From Longimicrobiales bacterium (GTDB lineage Bacteria; Gemmatimonadota; Gemmatimonadetes; Longimicrobiales; Gaopeijiaceae): a DNA stretch of 64,000 bases. The stretch is from positions 352,001-416,000 of the forward strand of contig CAXXKM010000002.1 in NCBI GenBank assembly GCA_963664435.2. The letters run 5' to 3'. Under the pieces are notes generated by a model that was not told the DNA's origin, did not search any database, and saw only the letters and a list, made by a program, of their open reading frames with translations. This document shows, one piece after another, positions 10,326-18,766 of this stretch (position 1 is the first letter of the stretch; each line of letters starts with the position of its first letter). Made by a program: the position numbers and the translations under genes.

Positions 10326-12149
10326 TCAGTTGCGAGGCGCCGCCGCGCTCCCTTCCCAGTCCGGGTCCGCGGCGCCCGTCCAGGAGGAGGTCGCGGCATC
10401 GTAGGACATCCCGTGGATGCGTCCGAACGCGCCAGCGCGCGGCACCTCCTGCACCGCGAAGCCCAACTGGCGCAGCTCCGCGATGACATCCGGCGACCAG
10501 CCGATCTCCGGAGATGTCTCCATCTGGAATCCGCTCTCGGAGCCCGGGGAGTTCAGCGATCCCTGCATCGGGTGAAGGCGCGCGGCGGCCAGCGCCTCGG
10601 GAAGCGGGAGCCCCTGATCGACGACGCGGCACACCGCCTGCACGACGGCCGAGACGATGCGTGCGCCCCCGGCCGCCCCCAGCACCAGCATGGGGTCTCC
10701 GCCGTCCATGACCATGAACGGGGAGATGTTGGAACGAGCGCGCTCACCCGGCTCGAGGCGGCCCAGATACCCGCCCAGGGTCGCCGCGTAGAGGAAGCCC
10801 AGCCCCGGCGTGGCGATCTTCGAGCCCATCGCCGGCCCGATGGTCTGGGTGAGCGCGACGGCCATGCCGTCGGCATCCGCGGTCGAAAGGTGCGTGGTGT
10901 GCCCCTGGTCGTCGGGGCCGGCGATGTAGGTAGCCGCGGGCCGGGCGCCGGCCGGCATCACCGCGCGGTCCGCCGTGAGCCAGGCGGCCGTTCGCTCGTC
11001 CCCGCCCCCCGGCTCCGGTTGCGCGTGCTCGATGAGCGGCCAGGGTGCGCGGTTGAACTCCGGGGAGCTTCGGGGCGCGGGCGCGGGCTCCGGCACCATG
11101 GCCGCCACCGCCACGGGCAGCCGGACGCGTTCGGCCTGCTCGCGCGCCCATTCCCGCGACGTGAGCAGCTGCCACGCGTCCGGTCCGCGATGGGTTCGAG
11201 CCGCCTCGAAGCCGAGCGCGAGCGCCTGGCCCACCACCGAGGCCCACGTCGCCTCGTCGGCCCCCGCCATGTCGAAGTTCTCGATGATCTGCAGGATGCC
11301 GATGGTCATGGCCCCGGCGGCGGGAGTGAACGTCCCCACCAGCTCGTGGCCGCGGTAGCTGCCCCGCACCACCCGGGCATCCTCGGCGCGGTAGCCGGCG
11401 AGCGCGGCAGCCGTGACGTGTCCGCCCGCGCCCAGGATGTCGTCGGCCATGGCTTTCGCGATCTCGCCCCGGTAGAAGGCGTCGGCGCCTCCGGAAGCGA
11501 TGCGGCGCAGCACCCTCGCCAGATCGTTCTGCTCAAAGTGGTCGCCCGCATCGTACGGCGAACCGTCCGGTTCGAGGTAGTAGAGGGTCGCGCCCTCGGA
11601 TTCCCGCAGTTGCTCCGCCGTCGACGCCTGGCGGGCGGCTTCTCCCGGCAGCAGCGCGAAGCCTTCGGAGGCGTAGCGAATGGCCGGCTCCATCACGGTG
11701 GCCAACGGAAGCGTGCCGTGCTCGGCGAGGAGGCGGGTGAGCCCCGCGACGGCTCCCGGCAATCCCACGGTGGGATACCCGTAACCGGCCTGGGGGGCCG
11801 TGTCGGGATCGTAGGTGTCCGGCGCCTGGGTGGTGGCGTCGATCCCGTGGAAGGTCCCTTCCGCGGTTCGCACCAGAATCTGGGTGCGCCCGCCGATCGA
11901 GTTCATGCTCGGCTCCACCACCGATACCGCGAACGCTGCAGCCACCGCGGCATCGGCTGCGTTGCCGCCCCGCTCGAGCATTTCGACGCCCGCCGCGGTC
12001 GCCAGCGGCTGGGCCGCGACCACCATTCCGCGGCTCGACCGCGCCACCTGGTCGGTGGTGGGCTCGACGCGCGTCGGCGCGGTCCCGCCACACCCCCACA
12101 GCAGAACCAGCGAAAAGGCAAGACAGCGAGAGGAGCGCGATACCCTCAT
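10326..12149 (-). CDS. ggt: Gamma-glutamyltransferase family protein, probable lipoprotein
   Basis: GGNAADAAVA, VVEPSMNSIGG, H/TTHLS autocleavage Thr, GAAGGARI, GAADP; lipobox LWGC. Confidence 0.9.
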   Translation of the reverse strand: MRVSRSSRCLAFSLVLLWGCGGTAPTRVEPTTDQVARSSRGMVVAAQPLATAAGVEMLERGGNAADAAVAAAFAVSVVEPSMNSIGGRTQILVRTAEGTFHGIDATTQAPDTYDPDTAPQAGYGYPTVGLPGAVAGLTRLLAEHGTLPLATVMEPAIRYASEGFALLPGEAARQASTAEQLRESEGATLYYLEPDGSPYDAGDHFEQNDLARVLRRIASGGADAFYRGEIAKAMADDILGAGGHVTAAALAGYRAEDARVVRGSYRGHELVGTFTPAAGAMTIGILQIIENFDMAGADEATWASVVGQALALGFEAARTHRGPDAWQLLTSREWAREQAERVRLPVAVAAMVPEPAPAPRSSPEFNRAPWPLIEHAQPEPGGGDERTAAWLTADRAVMPAGARPAATYIAGPDDQGHTTHLSTADADGMAVALTQTIGPAMGSKIATPGLGFLYAATLGGYLGRLEPGERARSNISPFMVMDGGDPMLVLGAAGGARIVSAVVQAVCRVVDQGLPLPEALAAARLHPMQGSLNSPGSESGFQMETSPEIGWSPDVIAELRQLGFAVQEVPRAGAFGRIHGMSYDAATSSWTGAADPDWEGSAAAPRN

Positions 12150-12242
12150 GAAACCTCCCGTCCCACGCAAAGCCGAGGAATTGCCGTCACGGCCCAAACG
12201 CGGTGCGGACCCTCTGGTCCGCAGGTTCCGCGTCCCCGGATG

Positions 12243-12518
12243 TCAGCCCACCTGGAGGTATCCGTGCTCTGCAAGCAGCGCTCTCAGCCGCGGCTCGCGG
12301 TCAGGAAGACGCGTGCGGCTGACCTGGCGAGCGAGCGCGATCCGGTCCACTTCCGAGACGCGGTCCAGGATCGCGATGGGCGTCCCATACCGCAGCAGGA
12401 TGCGCTTGGCGTCCACGGCTACGGAATCGATCATCTTCTCATGGGGCGCGGATTCAGGCACGCTCACCTCCAAATCGTCCAGGACTTCGAAATCGGCTGA
12501 CCGAAACAACCGTGCCAT
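12243..12518 (-). CDS. Hypothetical protein (about 91 aa)
   Basis: Protein-like composition from MARLFRSADF; fits between ggt and the next gene on the same strand. Confidence 0.6.
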   Translation of the reverse strand: MARLFRSADFEVLDDLEVSVPESAPHEKMIDSVAVDAKRILLRYGTPIAILDRVSEVDRIALARQVSRTRLPDREPRLRALLAEHGYLQVG

Positions 12519-12582
12519 GAAACAACGGCACAGAATGATAAAGATATGTTTCCCCGCCGTTTTCGCCAAGCTCGGTGCCGCC

Positions 12583-13230
12583 TCAGCCACTCCCCAGCAT
12601 GAGCCCCGCGGTCCAGAACAGATCGTGCTGCGTGGTCTCCACGTCGTTGTCGCCGAAGATCGGGCTGATGTAATCGGAGAGCTCGGTCACGACGCGCAGC
12701 GGGCCCATTCGCACCTCGATGCCCGCGCCGAGCAGCATGGTCCTGCGGGTCTGATCGTGCAGGGGCGACCGGTGCAGCTCGTCCAGCGACTCCAGGTCGT
12801 AGTGCTTCACGCCCCCGCCACCCAGCAGGTAGGGCTGGACGGGAACGCCGCTGGGAAGCGGGCGGAAGACGAGGGCCGCCGTGGCGTTGAGGAGGTTGTT
12901 GCGGGCCTCGCACTCCGAACACATGCCCTCCTGGACGGAGAGGTCCGCGCTCGTGGCGTACGCCAGCGTCGCGCGCGCCGAGACCGGTCCCGAAACGGCG
13001 AGTTCCAGCCCGAGGGAGTAGGCGAAGCTCCGTTCGCGCTCGCCGAACCTGACCGCCTGTCCGAAACCGGCGTCTGGCAGAAGCCCCAGATCCTCGGTGG
13101 GCACGTAGTATCCGGCCTGGAAGATCAGGAAGCCCCCCTGGGCTCTCGCGCTCTCCGGCGCGACCCCGGTGGAGAGGCATCCCGCAAACAGCACCAGCGC
13201 CGTGGCCTTCGATCTGTATCCGATTCTCAT
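12583..13230 (-). CDS. Secreted outer-membrane beta-barrel-like protein
   Basis: Signal peptide ending ARA/Q; alternating beta-strand pattern with VQPYLLGGGG and LGAGIEVR, typical of 8-stranded OMP barrels. Confidence 0.7.
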   Translation of the reverse strand: MRIGYRSKATALVLFAGCLSTGVAPESARAQGGFLIFQAGYYVPTEDLGLLPDAGFGQAVRFGERERSFAYSLGLELAVSGPVSARATLAYATSADLSVQEGMCSECEARNNLLNATAALVFRPLPSGVPVQPYLLGGGGVKHYDLESLDELHRSPLHDQTRRTMLLGAGIEVRMGPLRVVTELSDYISPIFGDNDVETTQHDLFWTAGLMLGSG

Positions 13231-13370
13231 GTACGCATCCCTCCGGGTTGGTCAGAACTGGTTTCGGATGGCCCCCTCGGCCGGCCGCTCCCCGGACGCG
13301 GGAAGGTGCTCCGGCAGTGCGGGAAAGGACAGGTTAGATTGTGGCCCCGCTCACGCAACAACAACCCGCG

Positions 13371-14087
13371 ATGGCACACTCCTCCCGCTTCTCCACCTCC
13401 GTCGAGGATTACCTGAAGGCGATCTTCGCCCTCACGGAGCACGACGATACCGCCACCACGAGCGATATCGCCAGCGCCGTCGGCGTACAGCCCGCCTCGG
13501 TCAGCGGAATGATGAAGCGCCTGGCCGACCTCGGGGTTGTGGAGCATGAGCCCTACCGGGGCGTCAGCCTCACGTCCAGCGGCCGCCGGGAAGCGCTCCG
13601 CGTCGTTCGTCGCCACCGCATCATCGAAACCTACCTCAGCGTGCGCCTGGGCTACTCCTGGGAAGATGTGCACGACGAAGCCGAGCGGCTGGAGCACGCC
13701 GCCTCCGACCAGCTCATCGAGCGCATGGCCGATGCGCTCAAGAACCCGCGCCAGGATCCGCACGGCGCGCCCATCCCGACCTCCGGCGGAGAGATCGACT
13801 CAACCAGCTACCCCACGCTGGCGGACTCCCGGGCCACAGGCCCGATCCGGATCCGCGCGGTGCGCGACGATGAGCCGGAGCGGCTGCGCTATCTGGAAGC
13901 CAGGGGGCTCCTGCCGGGAGTGATTCTGGCCGTGGAGGAGAGGGCTCCGTTCAACGGCCCGGTAACGGTGCGCCTGGGCGGGCCCGACGGCGCCAGCCAG
14001 GCCATCGGCTTCGACCTGGCGCGCTGCATCTTCATCGATCAGGAGCCGGCACGGCTGCCCACGGACGAATCCGCGCGAGCCATCTGA
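13371..14087 (+). CDS. DtxR/MntR family metal-dependent transcriptional regulator
   Basis: SVEDYLKAI, RRHRIIETYL, VHDEAERLEH, DPHGAPIP and a C-terminal FeoA/SH3 domain. Confidence 0.95.
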   Translation: MAHSSRFSTSVEDYLKAIFALTEHDDTATTSDIASAVGVQPASVSGMMKRLADLGVVEHEPYRGVSLTSSGRREALRVVRRHRIIETYLSVRLGYSWEDVHDEAERLEHAASDQLIERMADALKNPRQDPHGAPIPTSGGEIDSTSYPTLADSRATGPIRIRAVRDDEPERLRYLEARGLLPGVILAVEERAPFNGPVTVRLGGPDGASQAIGFDLARCIFIDQEPARLPTDESARAI

Positions 14088-14092
14088 TGCTG

Positions 14093-15184
14093 TCAGGGCA
14101 CCACCAGGGCCTTCGTGACTCGTAGCGCGGCCACATCCTCGAGCGCCTGCTGCGTGCGCTCCAGGGGATAGCGCGCCCCGATCACCTCGGCGAAGGGCAG
14201 GCGTTCGCGGTGCCGGGACAGCAGCCGCAGGGCCCGCACCAGATGATGGAAGTCGGTCCCCCACTGGCCCCGCACCTCCACGTGCTTGCGGTTGATGTCG
14301 GTGTGGGGATTGATGTCGACGGGACCGGCGTCGGTGTAGTGTCCCGCTACGACGTAGCGGCCCCCGTCGCGGGCGAGCGCGAACCCCTCGGGGATGGCGG
14401 CCGGGTTGCCGCTGGCCTCGATGACCAGGTCGGCTCCCCGCCCGCCGGTGCGGGCCATAACCGCGTCGAGGCGCTCCTCGGGGGTGGTGTCCGACAGCGA
14501 AAGCGTGACCCCCGCTCCCATGCGCGCCCCGAGCGCCAGGCGGGCGGCCGGGTCGCCGATGAGCACGACCTCGGCCGCGCCGGAGAGATCGGCGAACGCG
14601 GCCGCGGCCAGTCCTACGGGACCAGCCCCCTGCACCACCACCACATCCCCCATGCGCGCCTCGGCGCGATCCACCGCCGCAAAGCCGGTGAAGAGCCCGC
14701 ACCCGCCCCCGATCACGTCGTCCGGGGCCAGGTTGGCCGGCAGCCTGAGGATGCGCACGCCCGGCTTCAGGTAGATGCGCTCCGCCCACCCCCCCAGCAG
14801 CCCGTCCGCAAGGGTGTAGGTGATGCCGTACACCTTGCGCGCGGAGCACCGGTTGGGCTGACGCGCCACCAGGCAGTGGTAGCAGCGGTAGCAGGTCTCG
14901 TGCACGTCGAGGAAGGTCACGACGTCGCCGGGCGTCAGCGGCCGGCCGACCGCGTCGTGCCCCACCCCGCGCGACTCCGCGACCCTGCCCACGCTCACGT
15001 GGCCCGGGATGATCGGATAGGGCACCCCGGCCAGCCGCCCGTGCCAGAGGTGCACGTCGGTCCCGCACACCTCGCTGGCGAGGGTTTCCAGCAGAACGCC
15101 GCCGGGCTCGATCTCCGGGTCGGGGATCGTCCGGACCACCATCGGCTCACGGGGCCCGGTCATGACGGCTGCGCGGACGGGCAT
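14093..15184 (-). CDS. Zinc-binding (MDR) alcohol dehydrogenase
   Basis: VCGTDVH, IPGH, structural-Zn C-x2-C-x2-C-x7-C cluster, GAGPVG, VIEASG. Confidence 0.92.
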   Translation of the reverse strand: MPVRAAVMTGPREPMVVRTIPDPEIEPGGVLLETLASEVCGTDVHLWHGRLAGVPYPIIPGHVSVGRVAESRGVGHDAVGRPLTPGDVVTFLDVHETCYRCYHCLVARQPNRCSARKVYGITYTLADGLLGGWAERIYLKPGVRILRLPANLAPDDVIGGGCGLFTGFAAVDRAEARMGDVVVVQGAGPVGLAAAAFADLSGAAEVVLIGDPAARLALGARMGAGVTLSLSDTTPEERLDAVMARTGGRGADLVIEASGNPAAIPEGFALARDGGRYVVAGHYTDAGPVDINPHTDINRKHVEVRGQWGTDFHHLVRALRLLSRHRERLPFAEVIGARYPLERTQQALEDVAALRVTKALVVP

Positions 15185-15185
15185 G
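15146..15185. repeat. Direct repeat copy 1 (40 bp, 1 mismatch), equal to the 5' end of the dehydrogenase gene
   Basis: ctca(c)ggggcccggtcatgacggctgcgcggacgggcatg; the last 35 bp are identical to 16600-16634. Confidence 0.95.
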
Positions 15186-15189
15186 GTTG

Positions 15190-15969
15190 CTACGCGATCC
15201 GTCGCTCCAGCTTGCGCCGAAGGTCCTCACTCGATCCTAATGACGAAACCAGATCACCTCCAACATCCGAGAGCCTGGCCAAGTCCATTCGAGGTATTTC
15301 GGCCAAGTTGTTGAAGACGAGGATCGAGTCGAAATCCAAGTGGTGTCGGTGGAAGTGGGACAGCATGATCGTGGTAAGACGCGCCTTGTCCCGGTTGGGA
15401 ACGCCATACAGGAACACTTGACTTCCGTTCCTGCCTTCCATGCGGTAATCCACCGGATAGGCTTCGGCGTTGGGGATGTCGGGAAGCAGATGATCTTGCT
15501 GAACTCGCGTTTCGTCGGCGATCTGGAGAATGAGATCGGCGAGATCGCCGTAGAACGTGGAGGCGGTTCGGGAACGCGAGTGTAGCGTTAGATCGTACAC
15601 CCGCGTCAAAGCCCGCCCGAAGCGAAACACCGCATCCGGAAGACGATCCGTTCTAGCATCCAGATGGAATACCCATCCTGTTCGCTCTATTCCTTCCTCG
15701 TCCAAGATGCGCTCGACGAGCAACCCTCGGCTTCCGCGCAGAAAGGCATCGATGTCGTGGTCGTAGCTGATACGCATTACGGTGTGGCCGTTGTCGGACA
15801 GCCGGACGCCACCCGGCACGCCGGACACGTGAATCGGATAGCGATCTCCGTCCGGAAATTCGAATCCGGTGCGGATCATCAATTCCCCGTCGGGACGCTC
15901 CACAAGGCGCACGTCCGCACAGAACTGCTCGCAGAGCCGTTTCTGCAGAGACTCAGGATTCAGAGCCAT
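15190..15969 (-). CDS. DUF1828-like domain protein
   Basis: IRTGFEFPDGDRYPIHV...VRLSDNGHT N-terminal pattern of DUF1828; C-terminal YPVDYR..VFLYGV segment resembles a restriction-endonuclease-like fold. Confidence 0.8.
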   Translation of the reverse strand: MALNPESLQKRLCEQFCADVRLVERPDGELMIRTGFEFPDGDRYPIHVSGVPGGVRLSDNGHTVMRISYDHDIDAFLRGSRGLLVERILDEEGIERTGWVFHLDARTDRLPDAVFRFGRALTRVYDLTLHSRSRTASTFYGDLADLILQIADETRVQQDHLLPDIPNAEAYPVDYRMEGRNGSQVFLYGVPNRDKARLTTIMLSHFHRHHLDFDSILVFNNLAEIPRMDLARLSDVGGDLVSSLGSSEDLRRKLERRIA

Positions 15970-16447
15970 CGAATAAACTCGGATGATCTGGTGTCGCGCT
16001 TATCCCAGAGAGGTGGAAGTCGTCGATCATGCAGGCCAGCGCTCCTTCGAGGGTCTCGTACCGATTGGTCACTTCCGCAGCGGATTCAGGCTTCCGGCCC
16101 CCCCTGATGGCCGTTTCGGTAGCGCGGTGAATGTGAGGGCTGTGATTGATGTTTCCATGCTCGTGGCTGGGCCCGTTGTAGCGGGCGAGCACGAGTCGAG
16201 AACCGCCAGAAGACAGGTAGACGATTCCGCACGAGTAGTCTGCCGCGTCAAGCAGGTTCTGTCGCTCGTAGATCAGAAAGCGTGTTTCCACGTCCTCCTT
16301 GGACGATGCCCTGGCCTTGAAGGTTCGCTGCTTGTGGGTGGGACTCTCGGTTGGCTTCTCGGACCAGCGGGCTCCCGGGTTCGTCACCCGCTTGGCGAGC
16401 ATCCGCAGCTCCGAGAGTTGCTCGTCGGTGTAGAGCCGGGTGGTCAT
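15953..16447 (-). CDS. Hypothetical partner of the DUF1828-like protein
   Basis: LARYNGPSHEH...HIHRATE His-rich motif of small genes found upstream of DUF1828 genes; 17-nt overlap with the downstream gene. Confidence 0.75.
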   Translation of the reverse strand: MTTRLYTDEQLSELRMLAKRVTNPGARWSEKPTESPTHKQRTFKARASSKEDVETRFLIYERQNLLDAADYSCGIVYLSSGGSRLVLARYNGPSHEHGNINHSPHIHRATETAIRGGRKPESAAEVTNRYETLEGALACMIDDFHLSGISATPDHPSLFDGSES

Positions 16448-16594
16448 GAGCAATACTCAGCGATCCAGAACGGCAGCGTCAAGGCTGTGGGGTTCATCCG
16501 TGCCTCGGTCGGCGTCCCAAGCGGCTCGAGTCGGGAGGCAAGTCGGATGTCTTAAGCATTCGTCCAGTTTCTCGCAGCCGGCGCGCGAAGATGC

Positions 16595-16634
16595 CTCATG
16601 GGGCCCGGTCATGACGGCTGCGCGGACGGGCATG
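16595..16634. repeat. Direct repeat copy 2 (orphan dehydrogenase 5' end)
   Basis: ctca(t)ggggcccggtcatgacggctgcgcggacgggcatg; the minus strand reads MPVRAAVMTGPHE and is preceded by a GAGGAG RBS. Confidence 0.95.
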
Positions 16635-16817
16635 AGTCAGGTCACTCCTCGAGGTTCGGGGTTGTTCCAACGGGTTGCGGTGGTGAACGGCGGCCTGGCG
16701 CATCCTCATCTCATCGGGACCTCCGCAGGACATCGGCGTCAACCCTCACGATTTCGACACGGTGATCGAGCAAGACGTGATGTGGAGTCGAATCCATTCT
16801 TCGAGTATCGGGCGACC

Positions 16818-16991
16818 ATGATGGCTTACGTTGACGAACTGCGGCACATGCTCGCCCGCACCAGCTGGTGGGCCGCGCCGCGCACCTGGGTCCTAAGAGA
16901 TCCGGACCTGATCCGGGCGCGCAAGACCCCGTTCGAGTATTCGGCCGGCGTTCTCGCGAATCTGGCGCCGGGCGGCCTCTACCTGCTCCGC
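16818..16991 (+). pseudogene. N-terminal remnant of an AAA-family ATP-binding protein
   Basis: WW....W...DPDL......PFEY...L..L.PGGLYLLR resembles AAA_14/DUF4143 ATPases just before the GPRRVGK Walker A, which is absent here. Confidence 0.45.
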
Positions 16992-17004
16992 ACCCACTTG
17001 ATGT

Positions 17005-17442
17005 TTGACCTGCTTCGCCGAGATTCCGGTGCTGGGCGCGTCTGGATTCTGTCGCAGGCCCCGCAGGAGCACCGCACGAAGAAGGAATCTGGATTCCAGC
17101 TCCGCGATGTCTGACGCGACCAATGAGGAGCTCATGGCTCAGGTGTTGAAGGGCCTCGACGAGCCTTCGGTGGATGAAGAACTGCTCACCGTGGCAACGG
17201 ACAGCCTGGACAGCAACGACCGACGAGCACTGATCCGCGCAATCCCGGTTGACGCCAACCCGAACTTCTTCCGCCACCTCGTCGGCGACGAACCCGAAAC
17301 GTACGCCGTACTCTTACGCCGCCAAGCAGCAAAAGAGGCCCATCTGGCTCCTCTCCGATGGCCGCATTCCGCCGGGCGCGAAGCCCTGGCTCGAGAGGCC
17401 ATCAAGCACGGATACTCTCGACGCGACGTTGACGGCTGTTAA
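17005..17442 (+). pseudogene. Probable remnant of a larger helical protein
   Basis: Protein-like helical sequence without a clear start or RBS, abutting the ATPase remnant. Confidence 0.35.
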
Positions 17443-17519
17443 CGGTCGCAATGGTTCGAGCTCGCCGCGGCGGGGCCGGTCGAAGAGTCTGCGATGTCCC
17501 CCTCAGTCGACGGTGGCGA

Positions 17520-18761
17520 CTACCACCGGAACCAGAAGCGCCGCCACAGCTGGCTTTCCCTTTCCCGGAAGATGTCCTTACGGTCGCCCGTCAGGTCGAT
17601 CGGGCGAATCCAGAACCGGCACCCCATGGGCCCGAACGGTACCGTCCGCGAGATGCCGATCTCGTAGAAAGGGAGGGTGAGGCGGAGGAAGGTGGCGTCG
17701 TCGTAGACGCGGCCTTCCTCTATGGCAGCCGCGTGACGCATCGCCTCTGGGTCCGCCTCGGTGCGACGGACGGGCGAGATGTTGAACAGCCTCATGCCGC
17801 GATCCGTAAGCTCCACGCGGAATAGGTACTCGGGATCACCGTCCGGGTCGAGCCAGCACGGGGGCGGATCGATTCCGGTCCCTTGGCGCAGCTGCTCGAC
17901 TTGGGTCTGCAAGTAGTTCGCTCTGCCGAGCGCATCGTCTCGTTCCTGCTCTGCCTGGGTCGTCCTCTGGCGAAGAGCGTTCGCCTGCAGGCGGGCGGCC
18001 CGAAGGGAATCGACGGCCGACGCAGCATCGTCGGGGAACATCTCCCAGGTGTCCTGAAGCTCACGGTCCAGCGCGGAGATGGTCTGGCGAGCGAGGGACA
18101 ACGAGTCTTCGAGACGTTCCACCCGTGCCGCTTGCTCGATGACCTGATCTGCCTCGCCCAAGCTGGCACCTCCGCGTTCGGCGATGGCCGCGCCAAGGGG
18201 CTCTACCAGCGCGGACACGGCGGTCTGGCGCTCCAGCGAGTCCACACTCGCGGCCACCTGTCTCGACAGCGAGTCTGCTCGCGCGCCAGCCGTTTCCCGT
18301 TCACCCCGGCTGCGCACAAGAGAGTCCCTTAAAACTCGCATTTCCGCCGCCTGTTCACCCAAACGCTGCACGACCTCCTGGGAAACTCCCCCGTTCAGCA
18401 GCTGGCGCTCGGCCTCGACAGCGCGGGCCGTTGCACTGGCAAGGTCCTGTTCGGCCTTCTCGGCCCGGAAGCGCTCGACCTCCCTCTCGCGGACCAACTC
18501 CCTGGACCTCTCAAACCATGCATCCGCGCTACCCCAGGACATGCTGTCGCTCCGGACCATTTCCTGTGTAATCAGCAGATCGACCCGCGCCGTATCCCTC
18601 GCAGCCTCCGCGTCATCGCGCTGCATCTGTTCGAAGCGAAGCAGAACGGCGCAAGCGAGCAGCAGAATGAAGACCATGATGCTAAAGGTCTCGGCCAGCG
18701 TCAGCCCGAGTGCCAAGCCCCTGCGGTAGTGTGTCTTCTCGGCCGGCAGCAAGGTGGACAC
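17520..18761 (-). CDS. Single-TM coiled-coil protein, MotB/ExbD/ZorB-like position (operon gene 4)
   Basis: YRRGLALGLTLAETFSIMVFILLLACAVLL is a TM containing an acidic residue; long heptad region; C-terminal domain PPPCW..PEYLF...GCRF; starts 5 nt after the gene 3 stop. Confidence 0.85.
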   Translation of the reverse strand: MSTLLPAEKTHYRRGLALGLTLAETFSIMVFILLLACAVLLRFEQMQRDDAEAARDTARVDLLITQEMVRSDSMSWGSADAWFERSRELVREREVERFRAEKAEQDLASATARAVEAERQLLNGGVSQEVVQRLGEQAAEMRVLRDSLVRSRGERETAGARADSLSRQVAASVDSLERQTAVSALVEPLGAAIAERGGASLGEADQVIEQAARVERLEDSLSLARQTISALDRELQDTWEMFPDDAASAVDSLRAARLQANALRQRTTQAEQERDDALGRANYLQTQVEQLRQGTGIDPPPCWLDPDGDPEYLFRVELTDRGMRLFNISPVRRTEADPEAMRHAAAIEEGRVYDDATFLRLTLPFYEIGISRTVPFGPMGCRFWIRPIDLTGDRKDIFRERESQLWRRFWFRW

Positions 18762-18766
18762 CGTGG

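Noticed and set aside
13230..13370. DtxR/MntR operator upstream of the regulator
   Set aside because: Only a half-site-like AGGTTAG; no palindrome.
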